Positions 1 through 8,215 of a stretch of DNA of 64,000 nt are shown piece by piece. Under the pieces are notes generated by a model. It was given only the letters and a program-made list of their open reading frames with translations, was not told where the DNA came from and ran no database searches. Each line of letters opens with the position of its first letter. The first letter of the stretch is position 1. The stretch comes from Verrucomicrobiota bacterium (GTDB taxonomy: Bacteria; Verrucomicrobiota; Verrucomicrobiia; Limisphaerales; AAA164-E04), in assembly GCA_047947115.1 (NCBI GenBank), contig CP170459.1, positions 2,336,001 to 2,400,000 of the forward strand. The letters are read 5' to 3'. The translations under genes were made by a program, and so were the position numbers.

Positions 1-1440
1 TTAAAATCACCTTCGGACTGGTCGGATATCGACCGTTCATATCGGTTTCCTACGCTTTTTCTGGCGAGCAAAGCAGTCGGTTGGCTGTTGCTTGGAAGCA
101 TTTTTTCACTGATCGCATCCATCAAGATGCATTCACCTTCCTTCCTGGCAAGTTGCCCTTGGGTGACTTACGGCACCATGATACCGGCGGCGCTTAACGC
201 AGTCGTTTATGGATTTGCCCTGCAGGCATCTTTTGCGGCATTGCTTTGGATGACCATGCGGATGGGCCAGGTGAAACTGGTCGCGCCGGGTTATCTCTTC
301 ATCGGAGGTGCTCTCTGGAATATCGGGGTGCTGGTGGGGGTCGTTGGCATCATGGCCGGTGGTTCTACCGGAATGGCCTACCTCGAAATGCCCGGTTACG
401 CGCAGCCCATGTTGTTCGCCGCGTATACAATCATCGGAGGCATTGCGCTGGTGACGCTTCATAAACGCCAGGTGCGCGTTTTATATCCCTCACAATGGTT
501 CATTTTTGCGGCTTTGTTCTGGTTCCCATGGATTTTCAGTGCAGCCAGTTTCCTTTTGGTGGTATCCCCCGTTCGTGGCGTCACTCAATTGGTGATTGAC
601 GGTTGGTACGTATCCGGTTTGAACATCGTCGTATTGGGTTTTGTTGGGATAGCTCTCCTTCAATATCTCATTCCAAAACTAGCCAGACGGGATCTGTACA
701 ATGGGTACCTTTCCATGTTTGCTTTCTGGATGCTGCTGATTTTCGGAAGTTTTTCGGGCATCCTTCCAGGCCAAACGCTTCCCGCCTGGGTCTCTGCCCT
801 GAGCAGTGTATGCAGTGTGTTTGTAGCATTTGCCTGGATTGTTCTCACGTATAACCTTTATCGCACCATTGAGGGTGGGGGCGCCAAATCCGATGCTCTG
901 GGCATCAGGTTTCTTTATTTTTCTCTGGCTTCAGGTTTGCTTGTGGCACTACTGACCGCTTGGGCTTCTCGTGAAACCATCGCGCAGGTCGTTCAGTTCA
1001 CTTTGTTCCTGCCCGGATTGAAATGGCTGCAACTTTACGGATTCGTTGGAGCTGGTTTACTGGCTGCCATTTACTTGTTTCTCCCAAAAATCTCCGGCAC
1101 CGAATGGTCAAGTACCGGACGTTGGACCGCCACTTTCTGGTCTTATGCAGTGGGCGTCTTCCTGGTCTCGATCGCCTTTTTGTTCGGAGGCTGGAAACAC
1201 GGCAAGGGTCTGACTAACCCGGACATGCCCTTCATGGATGTTCTCCGTGGAGGCATCGCTCCCTTTATCCGCATGAGCACCGTGGGTGAACTCCTCGTAA
1301 CCATTGCGGCATTGCTGGTTGTCTGGAATGTTTCCTGTCTCTTTTGGGGAACTTATTCCAGTTGCCTGCTCAATTGCTGTGGTATCGCAGGGCAAGGAGC
1401 CGGCAGTGGAAAATCTCAACCCAAGAAAGGTTCGAAATAA
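1..1440 (+). CDS. cbb3-type cytochrome c oxidase subunit I (CcoN)-like membrane protein, degenerate (canonical His ligands absent); 5' end lies outside the window
   Basis: Frame 1 is open from base 1. About 12 hydrophobic segments, with CcoN-like segments (YLEMP, LYPSQWF) and a position directly before a CcoO-like gene and a cytochrome c gene. Confidence 0.8.
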   Translation, partial: LKSPSDWSDIDRSYRFPTLFLASKAVGWLLLGSIFSLIASIKMHSPSFLASCPWVTYGTMIPAALNAVVYGFALQASFAALLWMTMRMGQVKLVAPGYLFIGGALWNIGVLVGVVGIMAGGSTGMAYLEMPGYAQPMLFAAYTIIGGIALVTLHKRQVRVLYPSQWFIFAALFWFPWIFSAASFLLVVSPVRGVTQLVIDGWYVSGLNIVVLGFVGIALLQYLIPKLARRDLYNGYLSMFAFWMLLIFGSFSGILPGQTLPAWVSALSSVCSVFVAFAWIVLTYNLYRTIEGGGAKSDALGIRFLYFSLASGLLVALLTAWASRETIAQVVQFTLFLPGLKWLQLYGFVGAGLLAAIYLFLPKISGTEWSSTGRWTATFWSYAVGVFLVSIAFLFGGWKHGKGLTNPDMPFMDVLRGGIAPFIRMSTVGELLVTIAALLVVWNVSCLFWGTYSSCLLNCCGIAGQGAGSGKSQPKKGSK

Positions 1441-1442
1441 TC

Positions 1443-2333
1443 ATGAATCAGGGCCCAACTTTATTCTTAGGCGTACTTTGCGCCATGGCTGTTTCCTGGA
1501 TCGGCTTCGTCATGTTGCCTCAGGTCCAACTCGGCAGTCAGTCCACCCGTGTCGTCAAGGAACTTGGACGTCATTATCCGTCCCCACGCGGCGGTTTGGC
1601 TGATCGTGGCAAGGACGTTTACCGCGCCGCCGGATGTGCCTCCTGTCACACCCAGCAAATTCGTCAGACCGGTTTCGAGTTCGACATCGTCCTGACAGAT
1701 GCTGGCGACTTTACCAACTCCGTTATTGGACTGGTGCAGCAGGCTAATCGGTCCTTGAATGAAAAAGAAGCCACTGACCTGGTCGCCAAAACGCCCATCA
1801 CGATTCGTGAAGGGGTGAAAAAGGACATAGCGGATCATATCCTCAAGCTTTTCAAGGACAGTGGCGCCAAAGTCGCGGCCAACATTCGTCCAATGGGCCC
1901 CGATATCGAACGTGGCTGGGGACCTCGCCAAACAGTTGGTTTGGATTACTTGTACGATCAACCACTCCTTCTCGGCAACCAGCGTATTGGACCAGATCTG
2001 GCCAATGTCGGCTCACGCCTGACGGACCGTCAGTGGCACCTGCTGCACCTTTATCATCCACATACGGTGGCGGCTGGTTCGATCATGCCAGCCTACCCCT
2101 ATCTTTTCGAAACAAGAAAGATCGACGGTCAGCCCTCAGCGGATGCTCTTCCTCTGGAAGGTGATTTCGCTCCCGGAGAAGGGATGGAAGTGGTGCCAAA
2201 ACCAGAAGCCCACTCTCTGGTAGATTACCTGTTGAGCCTTCGAATCGAAAATCCGGTATTCGAAGCTCCCTACTTATTTACACAAGCTGAAAGCAGCGAA
2301 GACAACAATTCCGAAACGGAGCAGGCCCAATGA
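1443..2333 (+). CDS. ccoO: cbb3-type cytochrome c oxidase subunit II (CcoO)-like monoheme cytochrome c with inserted L7/L12-CTD-like domain
   Basis: N-terminal TM helix, CASCH heme motif, RIGPDLANVG and SIMPAYPYL CcoO motifs. ATG at 1443 is 2 nt after the upstream stop. Confidence 0.85.
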   Translation: MNQGPTLFLGVLCAMAVSWIGFVMLPQVQLGSQSTRVVKELGRHYPSPRGGLADRGKDVYRAAGCASCHTQQIRQTGFEFDIVLTDAGDFTNSVIGLVQQANRSLNEKEATDLVAKTPITIREGVKKDIADHILKLFKDSGAKVAANIRPMGPDIERGWGPRQTVGLDYLYDQPLLLGNQRIGPDLANVGSRLTDRQWHLLHLYHPHTVAAGSIMPAYPYLFETRKIDGQPSADALPLEGDFAPGEGMEVVPKPEAHSLVDYLLSLRIENPVFEAPYLFTQAESSEDNNSETEQAQ

Positions 2334-2956
2334 GCGCAAAATCCAAGAAGAACACGCCCAAGAAAAAGCACGCTGAAGACCGTGAACCAGATTTTCACAA
2401 CGCGCCTGTCCCAGTAATTCTTTTTGTCATAGCCATATTGCTGGCTTACTGGGGGATGAACTACCTCAACACCAACGCCGGTGGATTCAACCGCTACGTC
2501 TACGGACCCTACAGTTCCTATGAAATTGTGGCTGATGTTCAACCCGGGAGTGGAGATGATCCAATTAAACGTGGTGCTGATATTTACAGGAACATCTGTA
2601 GTCCATGTCACCAAGTATCCGGTATGGGAGCACCGGGACAGTTTCCTCCGTTGGCCGGTTCTGATTGGGTCAATACGGACGGTCCGAATCGTATATTGCG
2701 AATTATCCTCAATGGCCTCAATGGACCGTTGGAAGTCAATGGCCAAAACTGGAACGGCGCCATGCCAGCTTTTGGCGATGTGATTGCATCCGATGCCGAC
2801 TTGGCAGCTGTCGTCTCCTATATCCGAAACAGCTGGGGTAACGAAGGTAGTATATCTACCCCGGAAGAAGCCGCTGCCGTTCGAGCAGAATCAGGCGACC
2901 GCGGTCGCTCATGGTCCGCAGCAGAACTGCTCGCGCTGCCCGTTGAAGTTCAGTAA
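2330..2956 (+). CDS. membrane-anchored c-type cytochrome (CcoP-like position)
   Basis: TM helix, CSPCH, FPPLAGSDWV, MPAF distal Met and YIRNSWGN motifs. ATGA overlap with ccoO. Confidence 0.85.
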   Translation: MSAKSKKNTPKKKHAEDREPDFHNAPVPVILFVIAILLAYWGMNYLNTNAGGFNRYVYGPYSSYEIVADVQPGSGDDPIKRGADIYRNICSPCHQVSGMGAPGQFPPLAGSDWVNTDGPNRILRIILNGLNGPLEVNGQNWNGAMPAFGDVIASDADLAAVVSYIRNSWGNEGSISTPEEAAAVRAESGDRGRSWSAAELLALPVEVQ

Positions 2957-3024
2957 ACAAACAAAATTTGCAAACAGCGGAATCCGCATGGATTCCGCTG
3001 TTTCATTTTAAGGATAGCTAGATT

Positions 3025-3507
3025 ATGTCACGCGTTGGAATTGGATATGATGTGCACCGCCTCGCCGAAGGCCGAAAATTGATTTTAGGTGGAGTGGAAA
3101 TCCCGCACACTAAAGGACTCGAGGGACACTCCGATGCCGACGTGGTGCTGCACGCACTCTGTGACGCCATCTTTGGGGCCTTGGGCGAATCCGACATTGG
3201 ACAATTTTTTCCGAACACCGATGCCCGCTGGAAAAACGCACCCAGCACCCTCTTCCTGAAAGAAGCCGGACGCCACGTCAAGCTGCATCAGGGAACCATC
3301 GCCAACATTGACATCACCGTCATTGCCGAAGAACCCAAGGTCAATCCGCATACCAAGGAAATGAAATTCCGCATCGCGGAATGCCTGGAGATCAACCCCA
3401 ACAAAATAGGCCTCAAAGCCACCACCAACGAACGTATCGGCTTCATCGGCCGTGGCGAAGGCATCGCCGCCATGGCCGTCGCCAGCATCGACATCAAAGA
3501 AGACTGA
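3025..3507 (+). CDS. ispF: 2-C-methyl-D-erythritol 2,4-cyclodiphosphate synthase
   Basis: RVGIGYDVH, GHSDADV, DIGQFFP, KATTNE and GRGEGIAA motifs. Confidence 0.97.
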   Translation: MSRVGIGYDVHRLAEGRKLILGGVEIPHTKGLEGHSDADVVLHALCDAIFGALGESDIGQFFPNTDARWKNAPSTLFLKEAGRHVKLHQGTIANIDITVIAEEPKVNPHTKEMKFRIAECLEINPNKIGLKATTNERIGFIGRGEGIAAMAVASIDIKED

Positions 3508-3512
3508 TCCAG

Positions 3513-3653
3513 GTAGCCGCGTTTCCAAAAACGTGGCACAAGCCAACCAGTAGCCGCGTTTGCAAAAACGTGGACCCATTTCCAAAACCTTAGCCGCGTT
3601 TCCAAAAACGTGGATGTGTTTCCAAAAAAGTAGCTGCGTTTGCAAAAACGTGG
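3513..3653 (+). repeat. tandem array of four 24-nt GTAG REP palindromes (type B: GTAGCCGCGTTTSCAAAAACGTGG)
   Basis: Copies start at 3513, 3550, 3590 and 3630. The same unit flanks the RAYT gene at 25 kb. Confidence 0.85.
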
Positions 3654-4162
3654 CACCAACCTACGGAGCCCTCCTTCCGACAGGAACTTTCCGTAAAGCC
3701 TGAATCCTTGACTCATTTGGAACCACAAATCTGGAGTGCTGGCGAGACATCGCCGCTCTGGATACGCCAGGAAAACATCGACCATCGTCATTATCTCAGT
3801 AAATGAATCTTCCATCAAACCTTTTATAAGTCGTGACGTTTTCGACGGGTGCTTGATTTCATCGCCAAGGCGCGAAGGCGCAACGACGCAAAGCATGGGA
3901 CCAAGTGGAATAACAGTAGAAAGCAAACCGTAAATGATCAGATGCTTTTGAATCAATTGAAAACAGCGCAACGTGAGCGAGTTTTAAACAAGCTCCTGAA
4001 CATCACCTCCGACACCAACAGCAACAACAGTTCCCTGCGAAACAACACGATGCTGGCGCTCCGATACTTTCCAGAAGAAAAGGCCACCTTCCACTAAACT
4101 CATCCAGGAAACGATTCAAAAACTGGAAATGGTTCAGACCACAAAGTGAAAAAAATCAACCC

Positions 4163-4243
4163 GTAACCGCGCTTCCTAAAGCGTGGCACAAGCTAACCCG
4201 TAGCCGCGTTTGCAAAAACGTGGACCTGTTTCCAAAAAGGTGG
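4163..4243 (+). repeat. two type-B REP copies plus a partial copy
   Basis: GTAACCGCGCTTCCTAAAGCGTGG at 4163, GTAGCCGCGTTTGCAAAAACGTGG at 4200, and a partial GTTTCCAAAAAGGTGG. Confidence 0.8.
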
Positions 4244-4338
4244 CACGAATCAACCTATATCCGCACCTCCAGAAACTTGGCATACACTTCCTTGTCATCA
4301 AGCTCATTCCACACTAGATTTACCACATCCAAACTCAA

Positions 4339-4435
4339 GGAGAGTGAAGGGTGCCTGGTGGTCCCCGCGGTCTTCAAAACCGTTGAGAGGCGGTCAACCC
4401 GTCTCTGGTGTGTTCGATTCGCACCCTCTCCGCCA
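4339..4435 (+). tRNA. selC: tRNA-Sec (anticodon TCA)
   Basis: Anticodon arm GCGGT-CTTCAAA-ACCGT, long variable arm AGAGGCGG/CCGTCTCT, T loop TTCGATT, G discriminator plus encoded CCA; 97 nt. Confidence 0.93.
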
Positions 4436-4582
4436 GCCTTTTTGTAAAATGTAAAATATAGGTAGTAAATATATAATGGTTGCAAATATTCTCAAAAATG
4501 TTGTTTCTTTTCTTGTTTGCCGAAATCTAGTAAATCCAAATCCTTGCAAAAAATCCCATACGCGACCTATACTCATCTTGGC

Positions 4583-5761
4583 ATGGGAAAACAGGTAGAA
4601 AAGATGAAATATCGTGGAATCACGATCCGCGAACGGGTGAATGGTTCAGGCAATATATCTTACAGGGTTGAATGCCCCCTGAAATGGTTCAATCGTCCCG
4701 CTTTTCGTCAGTTCAAGACCAAGAAGGAAGCCAAGATCTTCATTGATGAGCAATTTGATGAACAGGACAAGCATGGGAAACTGGCAAACATTCTCGATTC
4801 AGAGGAACGCCTAGATGCTAGAAAAGCCATAGATCTGCTCAAATCCTGCAACATATCCTTGGTGGATTGTGCTGAATTTTATTTAAAGCATAACCAACCA
4901 GCCAGTGGAGATATGCTGGTAACAGAACTGGCAGAGAAGTTCCTTGAGGCACGCAAAGCAGGATTGGGTGTCAAACGGGGCAGGCCACTGCGTCAACGAT
5001 CCTTGGATGATCTAAATTCCAGACTGAGCAACTTTAGCATCCAGTTTGGGGATCACTTGGTGAAGGATGTGGTCTCCAGCGAAATTGAATCATGGTTGCA
5101 TGGCAATAAGTGGTCACTGCAGACTCGTCAGAATTATTACCGTATCCTCCACACCCTCTTTGAATTTGCCGTGAACAATGGATACAGGGCAGAGAATCCG
5201 ATGAAAGCCATTTCCAAGCCGTGTCCTGATGATAGTGTTCCCGGTGTGCTGTCCTTGGTTCAGTGTGAAAATATATTAGGTGCCGCCTTCCGAACAGAGC
5301 ATGACTTGGGTCTACTCGGTTATGTGGTCCTTGGAATGTATTGTGGCATTCGTTCCGCAGAATTGGAGAGACTGGATTGGTCTGCTGTGGATCTGGAATC
5401 CAGACATGTCACCATTAGTGCCAAGATTGCCAAGGCAAGATCCATCCGCAATGTGGATATTCCTGACAATGCCATGTTGTGGTTGATGCGATGTCAGAAC
5501 AGAACAGGTAGTATCAGGCCACCTCAGTTCCGGGAGCGTTTTGACAAGTTGAGAGAGTTGGCAGGAATCAAGGAATGGCCTCATAATGCTCTTCGTCACA
5601 GTGCTGGCAGTTACCATTTTGCTTTCCATGAGGATTCTGCCAAGACTGCATCCATGCTGGGTCATACACAGGATTCTGTTCTGTTTAAACATTACAGGGC
5701 TTTGACCAAGAAGGCTGATGCTAGGGTGTTCTATGAGTTGGTTCCTGATCACGATATTTGA
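4583..5761 (+). CDS. tyrosine recombinase / phage-type integrase
   Basis: GIRSAEL (catalytic R), HNALRHS (HxxR), LGH and KHY catalytic motifs. Lies immediately 3' of tRNA-Sec. Start may be 4583 or 4604. Confidence 0.92.
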   Translation: MGKQVEKMKYRGITIRERVNGSGNISYRVECPLKWFNRPAFRQFKTKKEAKIFIDEQFDEQDKHGKLANILDSEERLDARKAIDLLKSCNISLVDCAEFYLKHNQPASGDMLVTELAEKFLEARKAGLGVKRGRPLRQRSLDDLNSRLSNFSIQFGDHLVKDVVSSEIESWLHGNKWSLQTRQNYYRILHTLFEFAVNNGYRAENPMKAISKPCPDDSVPGVLSLVQCENILGAAFRTEHDLGLLGYVVLGMYCGIRSAELERLDWSAVDLESRHVTISAKIAKARSIRNVDIPDNAMLWLMRCQNRTGSIRPPQFRERFDKLRELAGIKEWPHNALRHSAGSYHFAFHEDSAKTASMLGHTQDSVLFKHYRALTKKADARVFYELVPDHDI

Positions 5762-5904
5762 AGATGTTGATTATGTTTATGACATACACGAGAACATATT
5801 GTTGGTAGCTCTCTTTAAATAGACTACAGATGTAAAAAGAAACTCTGAAAGCGTTCATTAATTTATTTTTTTGTTTTCCGCGCGTATTTCTGAGTCATAA
5901 TATC

Positions 5905-6117
5905 TTGGGGTTGCACCTGAACTTTACAAAACACATCATTACAAAATTTCTACTGGTCTTGTTGGTCAGTTCGTTTGTTTATTTTATTGTAGAATCAGAG
6001 GGTGATCGTCCGCAATCCAACGACAAAGTCATATTACCGACCAATGCAACTGCAGAACAGAATGCCATTAATGAGGAGCAAAAAACTACAACAGTTTATT
6101 CTAGACCGATAGAATAA
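5905..6117 (+). CDS. small hypothetical membrane-anchored protein
   Basis: 70-aa ORF with one hydrophobic segment, TTG start; weak support. Confidence 0.3.
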   Translation: MGLHLNFTKHIITKFLLVLLVSSFVYFIVESEGDRPQSNDKVILPTNATAEQNAINEEQKTTTVYSRPIE

Positions 6118-6190
6118 CGCGTTTTTGGCAAATCGTTACATTGTCATCTAACGCATTAAATTTATGTATTACTGAAACAACGATTTGAGC

Positions 6191-6484
6191 ATGGACATAT
6201 ACAAGTTACAACCAAGTGATTTTTTAGACGAAAGCATTTACGTAAAATTGATGGATTACGGTATTACCCGTCAGGAATTCAGCACCGATATCAAAGCGGC
6301 AAAGAATCTGATCAAGGTACTTCGCAAGCACCTTCGCACCAAAGTGGAAGCAGGTAAAGCAAGTAGAGGTAAGTATTACGCTCGGTATGGAACAGACCCT
6401 TCCACAACCACTGAAGTATTGGCTGAAACTATGCCGTTGGCTGTTTCAAGAATGGCTTTGTTAGCGTTGACCAAGTCTGTTTAG
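6191..6484 (+). CDS. small phage-associated protein (resembles the phage ABA-sandwich domain)
   Basis: FSTDIKAA...AETMPLAVSRMALLA resembles the YSTDIxAAW...AETAPLAICRAAL pattern of that family. Confidence 0.55.
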   Translation: MDIYKLQPSDFLDESIYVKLMDYGITRQEFSTDIKAAKNLIKVLRKHLRTKVEAGKASRGKYYARYGTDPSTTTEVLAETMPLAVSRMALLALTKSV

Positions 6485-7797
6485 ACAATTGCCTGATATT
6501 ACAGTATCTGTGTTGAAAAGTATAATTTAAATGTAAATAAGGCCTATTTGGTGCTATTGATCTATCATCAATATAATCACACTATTAAGAATCCATTGTT
6601 CATAAGACTGGAATGTTAACGGATTTGACATTTCCAGCACTTGTCTAAGTGGGTGGTCACTGAATAAGTGGCCACTCTATTTTTGCATAAGTAATATATG
6701 AAGCCTCCATTTGGCATTGGTTCACATATACCGAACATCCTGCAGTTTTTACGGTTTTACATAACTGCTATTTACTCAGCACTTATTAAGACTTGAATTT
6801 TGGATTCTACATTATAACGGAAATCCCTCCGGATATCTCAGAATCTCCCGAACACGAATAATTAAGTGAAGTAGTATCCGTAGGGTGGAGTGGTGGGGCT
6901 AGTTTCTGGTTTTACCATGAATTTTGCATTCTCCGGACGTCCACTCTACTCCCCCCATCCATTGATACATTGATATTTTAAATTTTTCATTCAATTAGAA
7001 AATAGACTCCACCACTCCACCCTGACCAAAGCAAAATCCAGCAACCGTCATCAGAATTTAAACAAGAATCTCTATTTTGAGTAGATTTACGAAAACCATT
7101 GTGCAATCATTAATAATTTGGGAAGTTAAAGCACAATATTAGAATTAAATATCATGATATTGTAAAAAACTTTCCCCAAGATTGTAACTTGCATCAGGAC
7201 AGAGTAATGTTCAGTTATTGGAAGCTTCCTTTCCAATAAACAGGCACAAAAAGAAGTTGTTTAGTGATAAGCAACCACCCCACTAGAGGAGAAAGCTGTA
7301 TCTGCGGCTTTCTCCTCAATTTATTAGCGCAAGTTGATATTGTATGGATACAATCCATCTTATATGCGTCAGACTTTTGTGATTTTCAGGCCTTAGTTTC
7401 GTTGTGATGCGAGGCACAACTGAAACAACCCCGAGGAGAAATTCATGGCAATGTTTTTCTCCTCCTTTCTGTCCTTATTTAAAATTGAATTAAAGATTCT
7501 CGCAGTAAATTTCTATTAGCAAGGGTAATTGCTGCCATTAGAAACGTATCAGATACTGCATTATTCCAAAACAATTGTTTGTCTCACTATGCGTGACAAA
7601 TAAATTTATAAAAAGCAGAATATGAAGAAAAAAGTAACCAATACGTAATTAAGCATGCAAATCTTTAAAATATTTATTTAAAAGTTGCTTATTCTGTCTC
7701 GAAGAATTGGGTCTCATAAGTTATTTCGATGTGATCACATCGTTAAACTAATAATCAAACATACGCAGAGGTCGTGAATTTGAAAATTGTCAATTAA

Positions 7798-8215
7798 ATG
7801 GTCCGCATTGGTTTCATTGTAGCTCCGCTAATTCAAACGAGGCAACCTTTACAAATGATAACAATATTTTCAGGTGTCACAACAAATGGCATTTCTTCTG
7901 GTAGCATTCATAATGCATGGAATACGACCGTAGATAAAAAAGAATCATGGACTGAGGTGTTGTTGTTGGTGGCAAGTTCTTTGGCCAATTAAGTTCACCC
8001 GAGGAGAGCGAAAAAATAGATTATAAGCCAGTGGAGGTTGGTGAGTTAATCATAAACAGAAGTAAAAAGCCCATCCTAGATGATAGGTTTAATGATTTAA
8101 TCGGTAAATGGGAATCATACAACGAAGCTGGCGTCCGAAACCTAGAAATAGAGTTTCAAAAATGGGATTTAGGCAACTGCTTATTGGAAAAGTGGGTTTT
8201 TTACAACGAAGCTTT
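7798..8215 (+). pseudogene. degraded hypothetical gene, frameshifted near 7950 and cut at the junction with the kinase
   Basis: Protein-like segments in two frames: ...DKKESW, then GVVVGGKFFG...DLIGKWESYN...GNCLLEKW. The rest of ORF 8031-8402 is antisense of the kinase. Confidence 0.4.

Larger units (their letters stand above)
4436..8200. mobile_element. eroded integrative element / genomic island remnant at tRNA-Sec
   Basis: Integrase next to the tRNA, followed by a visibly AT-rich, gene-poor stretch with small or broken ORFs. No second att copy seen, so the right boundary is approximate. Confidence 0.65.

Noticed and set aside
3513..3653. CRISPR array
   Set aside because: Spacers are only 13-16 nt and partly similar to each other, no cas genes are present, and the unit is the REP found around the RAYT.
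3800..3850. In-frame TGA codons upstream of ORF 3849-4097 as Sec codons
   Set aside because: No SECIS-like hairpin or redox motif; proximity to tRNA-Sec is not evidence.
7947..8030. Second selenoprotein (ATG GAC TGA GGT..., M-D-U-G)
   Set aside because: No convincing SECIS (weak stem, no G at the loop start), UGA would be at codon 3, and a simple frameshifted pseudogene explains it.
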